NCBI GenBank assembly: GCA_947626765.1
Contig: CANQTQ010000006.1
Location: 1 to 55,714, forward strand
Length of the DNA: 55,714 nucleotides
DNA from: an uncultured Clostridia bacterium
GTDB taxonomy: Bacteria > Bacillota > Clostridia > TANB77 > CAG-508
Reading direction: 5' to 3'
In this document: piece after piece, positions 9,909-21,571 of the stretch
Layout of the letters: every line of letters begins with the position of its first letter
Numbering within the stretch: position 1 is the first letter of the stretch
The notes under the pieces: generated by a model
Databases searched by the model: none
Told to the model about the DNA's origin: nothing
What the model saw: the letters and a program-made list of their open reading frames with translations, nothing else
Position numbers and translations under genes: made by a program

Positions 9909-12441
9909 TTATTGAATTTTTTCAATTATACGCTTAACATTAAATATTCCTCCACTATCTCCTTTAGCTTTTACTTCTGCTGAGGTCCTATATGGTCCAG
10001 TTAAACTTCTTCCTGAGTCTATTATAAAAAATTTATAACCTTGATTTTGATATTGTTCTGGAGGAGGAATTATTGCTAATATATGTCCAGAAACACTACC
10101 TATTGCATATTTACCTGATGCCACTTGATTAATTCCATCTTCTGTACTTACTTCCGTTGCTCTTACTCCATAATACTTTTCTAAGAAGCCATTATTAAAT
10201 AGTCCACCCCAAATTGTACCTGCTCCTTGCATATAATATTTACTCCAATCTCCATTATAGTATTCATCTACAGCTTCAACTACCTGAACAGGTGTAATTG
10301 CAGGATTATCTAAAAGCCCAGCTAATATCATAGCTAAACTCGTTGGACCACATCCACTACTTTTTATGGTTCTACCTGGAGCTCCATATCTATGGTCAGC
10401 ATAATTTCCTTGTCTATAATGTGGAAACGTATGTCCATCAAATTTATAATAGTCAACTGCTCCTTCATACATTACTTTGTCTTTATATTTTTGGTAATAT
10501 TCTTCTGCATATTGTTTTCTAGTTGGCAAGCTTCCACTTGGATTTCCAGGTCTTTCAAAAGAATAGCAAAATGCTTCTGCCGCTTCTGATGCACTCGATG
10601 CGTTTTTCCATTTTTCTTCATTGTAACCGTTCTTTTCCATAAACTGATATGTTGCATATCCATTGGCTCCGCCACCTCTGGTTAATTCTCCCACTAAGAA
10701 TTCTATTTGTGTATCTTCATCCTGCCAAGTTTTTCCTTTTGATTCTGCATAATTCATTAAAGCTGTTTTTCTGTCATATGACCATTGAGCTAGCCCTATT
10801 CCTTCTCCCGTACCTCCTTCAATTGCTGAGGGATTAAATCCATCAGATTCATACTTAAGATTTCCCATTAATCCCGCAACAGCATATTCTGAATAACCCA
10901 TATTTCTTAAACTGAACCATAATTTATCTTCTAAAGTATTTCCTATAATGCCACTACTATAACTAGAAAAAGTGTTAGGTGCAAATATACTAAAATCTAG
11001 GCTTGTAACTCCGTAGCTTCTTCCTGTATATTTATACATTATGTATCGCATCACTTGTTCCATACCTTGAGTTTCTGGGTTTTGGCGTAAAAGTTGAAAA
11101 AGAACTTCTGCACCTGATTTTAAGTATGAGACTGCTGATCTTTTTTCATTTGAATTTGGTATTTTATATTCTTTATCTAATAAATCTATAAAATTTTGTG
11201 TATTATCAACATAGTCAGATGTTGTTCCATTGTCATAAGATTCCGTAATTATTTCTTCATTATATGTTGCTGATGGATTTGTATACCATTTTACATTTCC
11301 ATCTCCTTGCAAATTATCTTTAAGTTCACTTGGATCTTCTAAATGTTTATGAGCGCTTTCTAAATCTTGTTTTTCAACAGTCTGTGGATTGGTTAGCTTA
11401 TTATATGTAACTTTAAAACTACAAATCCAAGTATTAACATAAGAAATTTTTACATCGGAAGTTTGAGTTATTGTTTTATTTGTTGTAGAGTCCTTTACAG
11501 TTGTAACAGTAGTAGTCTCTTTATTTCCCACTTTTTCATATACATTTTCCGTATAAGTATCTGACTTTATTTTTTGTTCTGTTATACTTTTATTTAAAAC
11601 TATTAATTCTATTTTTGCATCTTTTTTTACTAACTCTGCTACTTTTTCTAAAAATTCTGGATTTCTTGTAACAGTTCCGAGTTCAATAAAAAACGAAATT
11701 GGTGTTGCATATTGCGAAATTATGCTTTTATAATCTATTACCTTTTCTGAATATTTAGATACTGGAGTTACCGTGCTAGAATTAGGGCTTGTAGTTTTAT
11801 TTCCTTCTGCATCTGTACGTTCTGTTATTATTTCTTCACTAGTAGATTCATATTCTACTATGATAAGTTCTCCATTTGAATTTGTAGAAAAATATTCTGT
11901 AACCGATGGATCATTTGAATTAATTAATTCTTTAAATTTATCATATGATTTATAATCTAATTTTTTCTTACTTCCATCTGAGTTCATACGATATAAATAT
12001 ACTTGTCCCTGTAATCCTCTGCCGCCGTTTATTTAACTCTTGCGTAACTACTTGAGCTTCTACAAACATTCTCATATATTTTCTTTTTTCTTTTTGCATT
12101 TCTTCTTGAACATCTTCTGATGAATAATCTACATCACCCAGTAGCCCCAGATCATCGAAATCAATTCCCAGGCTTTCTACTCTTGATATTATGCTGTCTA
12201 GTTGCTCATCCGTAATTTTTATTCCGTTATCATCACCTAAAAAGAAATTTATAATAGATTGTCCTATATTTTTTATTGTATCAACAACTTGTGAAATAAT
12301 TGCATAAACTGCAGATGCAACTATTAGAGCAATAAGAATGCAAACTAAAATTGGCATAATAGCTACAATTATTTTTTTCGTTACTTTTTTTGTTACCTTT
12401 TTTGCTTGTTTATTTTGTTTTTCATTTTCCTCATTGCTCAT
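9909..12441 (-). CDS. Membrane-anchored cell-wall hydrolase (phage-tail-lysozyme domain + C39-like peptidase), VirB1-like; one +1 frameshift at CGG 12025-12027 (~843 aa joined)
   Basis: ORFs 11968-12441 and 9909-11987 join as ...TQELNK-[C]-GGRGLQGQVYLYRMNSDG...; AVAGLMGNLKYES...GIGLAQW (lysozyme), SSGCGPTSLAM (C39-like). Confidence 0.8.
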
Positions 12442-12456
12442 TCATTACACCTCCTC

Positions 12457-13408
12457 TTATAAATCTATTGTTATATTCACTCTTTCTAAATCCTCATCAT
12501 TAGGATTTAAATCATATTTTTCTTTATCTAAATAAATATTATTTATTTCCATATTTGTAATTTTAATGTTTGTATTATATGTTTTATTAAATTTTAAATT
12601 AAATGTTTTTGTATATTTAGAATTAATTGTTAAAAGACTAGTTGCTAGTTCATTAATTAATGATGTATATTTTATATCACTATTATCTAATAAATAAATG
12701 TCCTTAGTGTTCTTTCCATCATTAAGTAATATTGTTTTCTCGGTATTATTTTTAACTGTTATATTATAGCTTTCATAGTCCATATATACAGTTCTACTAT
12801 TTATTGTTATTTCAAAATTATTATCAATTTTTTGTTTATTTAAATTTTCTTTTTTTATAAACTGATTAATGTTTAATTTAAAGTCATTATTATATTTTAC
12901 AACAGTAACATAGTCCATATAGTTATTTTTAGAATTATATCCTCCCGTTTGAAGTGCATTTCCATCTGTATAAATAATTCTATAAGTATAGTAGTTATTA
13001 TTTTTTGCCCATAATTCAAGTTTATATGATTTTTTTGTTTTAAAAATTTGATTTATATAATTTTCTTTAAATATATCTTCTGTATTATATATTTGCTCTT
13101 TGCAATCATCTGTTAACATATTATATGCTTCATGCAATTTGTTTTCATTGCAATACTCTACAAATGTTTTAATTATGTTTGAATTATCTTCTACTTCTTT
13201 TTGATTTATTTTTTGATCTGTTATAACAGGATTGTTTGGTTTTGTAACATCTTGCGCTTCTGTATTATAATATGTTGTAGTATTACTATTTTGCTGTTTT
13301 ACCATTTCATTTGCTATCCTAAGCAATATAATAACAAGGGCTATAACACCGAATAGTTATTAATATTTTTCTTTTGTTTGCATACCAATATTTTAATAAC
13401 TTTCTCAT
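12457..13408 (-). CDS. Membrane-anchored hypothetical T4SS-cluster protein; +1 frameshift at CGG 13349-13351 (~316 aa joined)
   Basis: ATG at 13408 after GGAGG; MRKLLKYWYANKRKILITI-[C]-GVIALVIILLRIANEM restores a TM anchor that the ORF-track call lacks. Confidence 0.75.
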
Positions 13409-13429
13409 GTGTTATAGCCTCCATATCCA

Positions 13430-16085
13430 TTAATCTACTTTATGGAATTGTTTTACCATTCTCATTATTTTCTCTGCGTTTTGTCTAGCATCTCTTTCAT
13501 TTAAAGAAGATCTTTTCATTATTGATCTTGTATAAGAATCTGTTAAATTTTTTACATACTTTTCATCTGTTAACTTCGTAGGATCTTTTATTTGTTTAGC
13601 TAGTTTTGTTGCTGTAGTTGCTTGTTGTCTAGCTAAATTTGTTTTAGCTTGTTCATCTAAACTAGATTCATCTAAGCCTTTAATAACACTATCTTCCAAT
13701 TTTAATGCTTTCCCTATATCAGAAGCATCTGTAATTCCATTATTATAAAATTCTGTTGCACGCTCTGTTGCTTGTCTTAATTCTCTGCCAGATAGTTCTT
13801 CTCCATTTGGCATGTATTCTCTTTGTACACTTTCTATAAAATCAGAATTTGTGTTCAAGTTTTCTGCTTGTCTATGTAATGCTCTATCTGTAGAAGTGTT
13901 ACCAGTAAATCCACTTATAAATCCTTGTACTGGTGCACTATTAGCTATTCCTCTACCGATTCTATCTACTGTATTGTTTAAAGCATTTCCACCTACTGAT
14001 GCACCCAAAGCAAAGCCTCCTGCACCAAATTTGAAAACATCATCTAAATCGCCACCAGCAATACCCATTCCAACTCCAATTGCACCAACAGCAGCTCCAG
14101 CAGCGACTCTACCAGCTGTATGAACAGCACCCACAGCTAATCTTCCTCCGGTTCTTAGTGTATTTCTACCAACTTTTCGCCACCAGTGTTTGTTTCCCAG
14201 TGTCATAGATGCTCTACTTTTTATAGCCTGACCTGCTCCGTGAATTCCTCCTCTTAACCCTCTATATTCTCTCTCCTCTGACATTTGTTCATGCATATCA
14301 TGAATTGGTGTTTGAGCAGGTTCTCGGTCAGTTGGTCTCTCAGACTCTGGTAAGGTTCTTCCTGCAGATTCTGGTCCAGTATCTTGAGCAGAATTATCTG
14401 CATTTTCTCCATATTGTTCTCTTGTTAGCTGTTCTGCTTCTTCATCTGTATAACCAACCATTCTCATTTGTTCTGCAAATTCTTCCCTTGACAAGTTTGG
14501 AGATTCTGGTTGATATGCTTCTCTTGCCATTGCTTCTCTTTCAGCAGGATCATAATCATTGGTTCCAAAATTATTTTCATCATAAGCATCTACCATCCTT
14601 TGCTGTGCCGTTTCTTCTGATGCATTTGATTCATTAGAATTACTTGAATTATTTGATCCACTAGATAGTGGTGGATCTGTGAATCCATCTACTCCACTTG
14701 GTGCATTTGGATCTTTTAATTGGTCCTTATCTCTAATATTATTGTTTTTTCCAGATCCTCCTGATCCACTTTTTCCACCTTTCCCCCTCATAGCCTTATT
14801 TAACATATGATATGCTGCTGATCCTCCTGCTGCACCTGCAAAGCTTCCTAATGCTCCACTTGTTCCAGCTTTATCAAATCCGAAGAATTTTCTTAATATT
14901 TTTTCAGCTGGACCTATAAATGCTAATGTTATTATTGCTATTAATGGATTTATACTTACTAAGTCTATAGAACTTGTAACAAATATTGTATAAATAATTA
15001 GGTGAAATGGCTGTTCTAATGCATTAAATATATATTCTTTAAACCATAGGTCAAAAGCTTGTGCTTTTCCATCTCTAATTTTATCTATTGGGTACGTTAA
15101 AGCAACTAATGGTGAAATTAATGTTAAAAATGCAATAATTAATACCCTTTTTAAATATTTAAATGTAAATAAACAAGTATAACATACCATTCCTATATAT
15201 AATATTAAATACGTCAATTTAGTAGTCAAATTTGAGGATTGTACCTGAAATCGTATGAATCCCATTGTATCTGTTTGATATTTTGTACCTGATACTTCGA
15301 AAATTATATTGTTTCCTGCGTTTCCGAGATATTGTTTCTGATATTTCATCTACAATCGTAATGGTAAATGTCATTATATAATGGAGTGTAAATAGTAAAC
15401 ATAATGCTACTAACCAGTCTACTAACATTTGTTTATATTTTGATTTATCTGCAGCAGTAGAACTTATTACAATTCTAATACCTACATATAGTAAAACTAG
15501 CATTAAACCTACCACAGCTAAATTTCTAAGCGATACATACCATGATGCTATTGTTCTATGAAGCGTACTAGCTATTGAACGTTTATTCATTGCATCGCCA
15601 TTTTCATATATTAAATTTCCATCACTATCTTTTTCTTGTGTCCAATCTGTTGGGCTTATAAAATTAATATCTAATGCTGGTATTTTATTTGCAAAAATTT
15701 TATCAGGTGTATACTTCATATTCGGTACAGCATATACTGTTCCCCATATAGAATTATTATAATCATCGGCATTAAACTTATTGCTTTCTATAACAGTAGC
15801 ATCAGGTGGTGCTAACACCTCTGAATCAGGTGGTACTTCATCACTATGTATCATAAAAACATTTGCACCACTATCAACTCCAAAATTTCCATCTAGTAAA
15901 AATACTTGAAGTGCACCTGTTACAACATCAAATATTGTCGATACTAAGTCAAATAATGGATCTAATAGCATTCCTCCTATTCCTGCCTGAGACTTTACTG
16001 GCACAGAAAAACTAAGCAATAATACTATTATTATTGATATAAATGTCTTTTGTATAAACTTTTGGCTTGTAAGTAATTTTTTCAT
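13430..16085 (-). CDS. VirB6/TrbL-like polytopic membrane protein with long C-terminal tail; +1 frameshift at CGG 15324-15326 (~884 aa joined)
   Basis: ORFs 15219-16085 and 13430-15349 join as ...EISETIS-[C]-GNAGNNIIFEV...; multiple TM helices, YLKRVLIIAFLTLISPLVALTY motif, Gly-zipper tail. Confidence 0.72.
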
Positions 16086-16101
16086 AACTCCCCCTAATAA
16101 A

Positions 16102-18078
16102 TTAAACCGCTTGTTTGTTTCTTTTCCTTTGTGCCAATTTATTTAAGTTTGTTTCTACAAACTCGAATTCTTTTGCTGTAGGCTGGATTTGAATAATTGC
16201 ACTATCCGCTCCAACTTTTAGTAATCCTTCACCTTTTAAGCAAGTAACTAAGAAACCTGCTTCTCCTTCACTTAGTTTAAATACTTCTTTTAAATATTGA
16301 ATCTCTGATTTATCTTGTGCTAAAAATAGCTTTGTATCTGATGATGTTAGCACCGCTTGTGCTTCTGGTTTTTCATAAAAGTCTTGAAATCTTTGTGATA
16401 TAATTGCAAGCGACACATTTCTTTTTCTAGCACGACGTGCCATTGTGTTTAAAAAGTCTACTGCTTCGGGGTATGGTAAAAGCATCCAAGCTTCATCTAC
16501 TAATACTCTTTTTTTAGCAGCTTTATTTCTATCTTCACTATTTTTCTTAACATATTTTTCCCAAATCCATGCAAGTAATATTTGCTGTGCTAAAGGCCTT
16601 GCAAATCTTTCTTCTAGCTGTGATATGTCTAAGTTAATAAATAATGTTCCATCTAATAAGTCGAATGTAGATTGTCCATCAAAATATGCCATTTGCCCAT
16701 CATATTCTCTTATGTATTGCTTCATAACTTTTAGTAAATAGCTATAATGGAAATTGTAGTCAACATTTGTATTGTTTGCTGCTTTTTCCTGAATTCTTTT
16801 GTACCATGAGCCAATTGTAGGCATTTTTTTCTTTTCTTTTCCTAATATATTAGAGTCTAAGCCTCCATTTGGAGATGTGTATAAGCTATTTGGATCTGAT
16901 GTAATTCCATGTGCTACATATTCTTCTGATACAGATTCTGCTATAATTTGTTTTGTAAGTTCGTTTACTTCTTGGCTTCTAGTGCTTCCTCTTGCCATTG
17001 TAAGTAAAGCTTGAGTTACATCTTCTACTTTATTTTCTACGTTTAGAACTGTTCTATCTTTACCTGTAATTTCATCTTTTACAACTTCTGTTTCAATATC
17101 AAATATATTTATAATTGTTTTAGATGTTGGAGATAAAACTACATTTATTCCTCCTAAGCTTTCTGCAACTATGCTATATTCACCTTCTGCATCTAGTGCT
17201 AAACTTTGAATTCCCATTAAAACTGCTGAACGAGATATTAAAGTTTTCATTGTAACTGATTTACCAGCACCAGATTTAGCAAATATAACCATGTTATAGT
17301 TTGTTAAACTATTATGAAAGTTGTCAAATAAAATTGGCACTCCAGTTTGTTTATTTATCCCTAAAGGTATTCCTGTAGGATGTCCAACTTCTGATGTAGT
17401 AAATGGGAATACTGTTCCCATAGATCTACGGTCGAAAGTATGTACCTTTTTAATTTTATCTTCCATTAAAGGAAGATTTGATTTAAATGCATCTTCTTGC
17501 ATTGCCCATGCACTTTTTACATTTACTAAAGATTTAGACATTTCTGTTGATAGTAGTTTTGTGTATCTGTTTAAATCTTCTAAGCTATATGCAAATAGTG
17601 TTGCAACAATTGATGCTTCATAAAGTTTATTATAACCTGCTGCAATTTCATCTCTAAGTTGCTCTGCTTCTAATCTTTTTTGTCCTAATGTACTTTCTCT
17701 ATTAATGTTTCCTCTATCTGCTGCAACAATTCTTTCTGTTTCTAGTTCATTAATAACTCTGTTTAATTCGTTTTGTGATCTAGATTCTTGTATTGGATTT
17801 ATATATATTGATGTATTAATATCTCCAAATAAGTACATATCTCTAAATAACTCTGGAAATGTACACATTCTAGGAAGACTTGATACAAAAAAGCTTCTTG
17901 CATATCTAGTTACATTTGAAATGATTTCTAAGTGATCTATATTACTAGTATCTATTCCTGATGGAGCTATTAATTCTTTAATAGTTTTCTTTTTTAAAAT
18001 TTTAAATTCATCTGGTTTAGTATAGTCATTATGCTGTTTTTGCAACTCTTCTTCTCTTTGTTTGCTTTTCTTGCTCAT
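16102..18078 (-). CDS. virB4: VirB4-family (TraE/ConE-like) T4SS ATPase
   Basis: Walker A AKSGAGKS, LDAEGEY, Walker B VLVDEAW, RRARKRN, ISQ motif. Confidence 0.88.
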   Translation of the reverse strand: MSKKSKQREEELQKQHNDYTKPDEFKILKKKTIKELIAPSGIDTSNIDHLEIISNVTRYARSFFVSSLPRMCTFPELFRDMYLFGDINTSIYINPIQESRSQNELNRVINELETERIVAADRGNINRESTLGQKRLEAEQLRDEIAAGYNKLYEASIVATLFAYSLEDLNRYTKLLSTEMSKSLVNVKSAWAMQEDAFKSNLPLMEDKIKKVHTFDRRSMGTVFPFTTSEVGHPTGIPLGINKQTGVPILFDNFHNSLTNYNMVIFAKSGAGKSVTMKTLISRSAVLMGIQSLALDAEGEYSIVAESLGGINVVLSPTSKTIINIFDIETEVVKDEITGKDRTVLNVENKVEDVTQALLTMARGSTRSQEVNELTKQIIAESVSEEYVAHGITSDPNSLYTSPNGGLDSNILGKEKKKMPTIGSWYKRIQEKAANNTNVDYNFHYSYLLKVMKQYIREYDGQMAYFDGQSTFDLLDGTLFINLDISQLEERFARPLAQQILLAWIWEKYVKKNSEDRNKAAKKRVLVDEAWMLLPYPEAVDFLNTMARRARKRNVSLAIISQRFQDFYEKPEAQAVLTSSDTKLFLAQDKSEIQYLKEVFKLSEGEAGFLVTCLKGEGLLKVGADSAIIQIQPTAKEFEFVETNLNKLAQRKRNKQAV

Positions 18079-19261
18079 TTTCTTTTGTACCTCCTTTTTC
18101 TAAGGTTTCTTGTTTTTTTGGTCTTCCTCTTCTCTTTTGTACTTCTTCTCTTACTTTTTGCGTAGCTCTTTCAGCGACGTCATTTCCTACCATTGATTTA
18201 TTTTGTTCAATTATCATTGCTGCTAGCTCTGCTATTAAGTCTTCTTGGCTTTCTTCTTTTCTATTTAGTTCTTGTTCTTTTTCAGATTTTGCTTCTATTA
18301 CTTTTTGGTTAGCCATTTCAAATGCTTCTTTTTCAATTTTTTCATTTAAAGCTTTCATTTTTTTATCTACAACATCTTGTGCTGTTGAATATAGCTCACT
18401 ATAGCCTGCTTTAATTGCTTTATCTATACCATAAACTTCTGCATCATCACGGTTATATGCTACATATAATAAATCTACTAAAGCATTTGAGTCTAAAACT
18501 CTTCCATTTACTCCGCATGCAGATAATGTTCTTATTATAGATTGAGCTCTTGTATATAATTCTGAAAATGCTAAATTTCTAATTTCTTTTTTATCAAAGT
18601 TGTTTTCTCCTAGTTCCTCTGGGTAATATGGAATTACTACATAATATTTTTGATTTAGTACGTTCTTGTTTAAGCTCATTCTTTCTGTGTTATATATAAT
18701 GTCTTTTCCATATTCATAAAGGTTGGTTTGCTTTGTAAGTTCATAAAAAGCTGCTTTTAATTCTTCCTCTGAATAGTTTCCTGAACTTACCATTTGCTCA
18801 TATTTTTGTTTTTCTTTTTCTAGGTTTTCTTCTATTTCTTTTACTTTATTTTTATAAGTTTGTATACTATTTTCTAGATTTATTGTTCTTGTTTGTGTAT
18901 ATATTTGTATAGGATGTCTTAATGTATTTAGAAATTGAATGAAACCTTCTTCTACAGAATTTTTTTCTATTTCTGACATTAAATCATAGTTTACACCTTG
19001 ACATTCTACTACCATAATATATTTGCTACCATTTTTGGTGGAAATCATATTATCTTCTATTTTATCAAATTCCATAAAGTCAAAAACTGATTCTATAGTA
19101 TATGATTTTGTTGAAGTTTTTGCTTTTGTTTCTGGTATATTTGCTTGTCCATTTTGTGAGCCTTTAGATTTTGATTTAAAATATAGTATACAAAGGACTG
19201 CTAATAATATAAACATAAGTATTAAAATACCTACTATTGCATATGTAATTATTTCAATCAT
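18029..19261 (-). CDS. Membrane-anchored T4SS accessory protein (VirB4-associated)
   Basis: N-terminal TM; GVNYDLMSEIEK...FIQFLNTL motif typical of conjugation proteins preceding VirB4; overlaps neighbours. Confidence 0.6.
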   Translation of the reverse strand: MIEIITYAIVGILILMFILLAVLCILYFKSKSKGSQNGQANIPETKAKTSTKSYTIESVFDFMEFDKIEDNMISTKNGSKYIMVVECQGVNYDLMSEIEKNSVEEGFIQFLNTLRHPIQIYTQTRTINLENSIQTYKNKVKEIEENLEKEKQKYEQMVSSGNYSEEELKAAFYELTKQTNLYEYGKDIIYNTERMSLNKNVLNQKYYVVIPYYPEELGENNFDKKEIRNLAFSELYTRAQSIIRTLSACGVNGRVLDSNALVDLLYVAYNRDDAEVYGIDKAIKAGYSELYSTAQDVVDKKMKALNEKIEKEAFEMANQKVIEAKSEKEQELNRKEESQEDLIAELAAMIIEQNKSMVGNDVAERATQKVREEVQKRRGRPKKQETLEKGGTKENEQEKQTKRRRVAKTA

Positions 19262-19598
19262 TGTTTTTTCCCTCCTTGTATATGTATATTTTCTTTCCTT
19301 TTGTTTTAAATTTTATAAATCTAAGTATTATATCATCTAAGTTTTCTCCACCTGTTTTTTTAGTAAACTCAAATTTTCCAAGTTCAGGCATTTTTAATGT
19401 ACCTATTGCAAATCCAATTAGTGCAAATAATGCTACAATTGCTATTCCTACTATTTGCATATTTAGCATAGAGAATATGAAATAAAATAGCAACCCTATG
19501 CCTGCGCCTACTACTGTATATATTAATGCTTTTGTAGAAAATATAAATAAAATTCTGCTCTCACCTTTAACATTTCTAGGTAATTCATATGTACCCAT
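19254..19598 (-). CDS. PrgI/VirB3-like membrane protein
   Basis: YELPRNVKGESRILF N-terminus, two TM helices, upstream of VirB4. Confidence 0.7.
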   Translation of the reverse strand: MGTYELPRNVKGESRILFIFSTKALIYTVVGAGIGLLFYFIFSMLNMQIVGIAIVALFALIGFAIGTLKMPELGKFEFTKKTGGENLDDIILRFIKFKTKGKKIYIYKEGKNND

Positions 19599-19698
19599 TA
19601 TTTAGCTTTCCTCCTTTGTTTTTATAAGTAAATTTCATATACTTTTACTTATATATTATTATAGCAAATAATATCGAAAATTGTAACCCATAAATAAA

Positions 19699-19724
19699 AA
19701 AAAGTGCATAAAAATGCACTTTTT
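19699..19724 (-). terminator. Terminator after pilin genes
   Basis: AAAAAGTGCAT-AAAA-ATGCACTTTTT. Confidence 0.6.
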
Positions 19725-19761
19725 AATATAATTGTAATATTTATGTAATGTTCTTGTAATA

Positions 19762-20130
19762 TTAAGTAATTGTTATACTAAATATTATTCTTACAATAGC
19801 TGATGCACCTAAAATTAATACTGCACCAACAACATATGGAATCATTGTTTTCTTGTATTCTGCTTTTTCTGATGCACTACCCATCATATATTTAATACCT
19901 AAAACTAATAATACAAGAACAGCTACTACCATACCAACTGTTGTTAAAATACTAGCAATTTGTCCACCAATTTTTGCTACACCATTTGCAGTATCTCCAA
20001 CTTCTCCTTTGCCTTCTTCCATTTGATCTAATACACTGCCTATATCTGAAGCATTAACTACTGTGCTTACTGTAAATAAAAGCATCATAATTACTAATAA
20101 TGTGCTAACAATTTTCATAGCTTTTTGCAT
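19762..20130 (-). CDS. TrbC/VirB2-family pilin
   Basis: Signal peptide + two TM helices flanking GIKYMMGSASEKAEYKKTMIPY. Confidence 0.8.
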   Translation of the reverse strand: MQKAMKIVSTLLVIMMLLFTVSTVVNASDIGSVLDQMEEGKGEVGDTANGVAKIGGQIASILTTVGMVVAVLVLLVLGIKYMMGSASEKAEYKKTMIPYVVGAVLILGASAIVRIIFSITIT

Positions 20131-20199
20131 ATGTATTCCTCCTTTTATTTTTTATTATTTATTTGATTTATTCCAATATGTTTGGAATAATTTTAAAAT

Positions 20200-20589
20200 C
20201 TAATTAAGTGATCCAAGTAAAATAACTGCTAATTTCCATATTCCAAATGCTCCAAATATAACTCCACAGCCTACAAAATATGGAATTAATGCTTCTTTTA
20301 TTTTTCCTTTTTGTTCAACACTTCCTGTTATAAACTGAATTCCAAGTATTGCTCCTACAATTACTGCTATAACTACTCCTATTACTAATAAGATGTTATA
20401 AATATTGTCTGATAAATTTTTAAGACTATCTGATGAGATTTTAGAATCTGATCCATCAGTTATAAAATCATCTGCTCCACCTATAACTTCGCCAGAAAAT
20501 GATGCGTAAGTAATGGAATATTGCATAGAAAATAATGTTATAAAAAGTATAATTATTGAAATTATTATAATACATTTTTTAGCCTCCAT
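20200..20589 (-). CDS. TrbC/VirB2-family pilin
   Basis: GIQFITGSVEQKGKIKEALIPY between TM helices; start MEAKK after GAGG. Confidence 0.75.
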   Translation of the reverse strand: MEAKKCIIIISIIILFITLFSMQYSITYASFSGEVIGGADDFITDGSDSKISSDSLKNLSDNIYNILLVIGVVIAVIVGAILGIQFITGSVEQKGKIKEALIPYFVGCGVIFGAFGIWKLAVILLGSLN

Positions 20590-20655
20590 TTTCTTACCTC
20601 TTTTCTTAATTATAATATATAATAAAATATTCTTCAATATTTTATTTAATTTTGA

Positions 20656-21045
20656 TTATATTTTACTCGTTATATTGGATATAATTCCTGCAAATAGATT
20701 TAAAATACCTGTAATGCTTATTAACATAATTGCTCCTATTAAATAAGGTATCATAGTCTTTTTGTATTCCGCTTTTTCTTCTACGCTTCCTACCATGTAT
20801 TTTATTCCTATAATTATAATTACTAATACACCTACTACTCCTCCTATGGTAGTTATAATTCCAAATATAGGTCCAACTTTATTCGTTACAGCTGTAATGT
20901 CAGAACCGTCTACCTTACCAGGAGCATAATGTCCTGGATTTTCTATTGGGTTATCTCCAGTAGTGGCTTTACTATATATAGGAGTAACAAGTATAACAAA
21001 AAGAACTAACATTATAAAAATAATAATTTTTTTATTTGTTTTCAT
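20656..21045 (-). CDS. TrbC/VirB2-family pilin
   Basis: GIKYMVGSVEEKAEYKKTMIPY between TM helices; AGGAGG RBS. Confidence 0.8.
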   Translation of the reverse strand: MKTNKKIIIFIMLVLFVILVTPIYSKATTGDNPIENPGHYAPGKVDGSDITAVTNKVGPIFGIITTIGGVVGVLVIIIIGIKYMVGSVEEKAEYKKTMIPYLIGAIMLISITGILNLFAGIISNITSKI

Positions 21046-21571
21046 TGTTCTTCCTCCTATTCATAGCTATAGTTATATTTAATTATACACTATTATTTGC
21101 ATATTTTCAAGTATTATATTAACATATCTTTTATTCATTTGCTATTTTTTAATATAAATGTCATATAATTGTAATACCCTTGTAACATTTTTTGCGGTAA
21201 AACAAAAAAACATATATAAAATTCTTGGTAGTTATTCTAGAATCAATTGTTCATTATATATAAATTAGTATAAAATGTCGAATTTTGGCATACGATTTTT
21301 CTTGAATTATAAATGATAGCTTTGTATAATTAAAGTATTATATTTTATTCAAAAGTCATTTTTAGTAGCAGAAATTTTTATTTTAATATTTTTAATTTAA
21401 ATTAATTATTTCATATATTTATATCAAATTTTATTTATTCAAAAATTTACTCATATGTAATATTTATTTATGAATCTTTTAGAAAATCCTTATTAAATAA
21501 TTTAAAATTTGTTTTATTAAATTTGCCTTTTGCTTAACAATATAAAATTTATATTTAAAGGAGAATTAATT

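Noticed and set aside
9985-13325. AGG codons as a second frameshift trigger
   Set aside because: The in-frame AGG codons checked (e.g. TAT AGG ACC, CTT AGG ATA) lie in uninterrupted frames.
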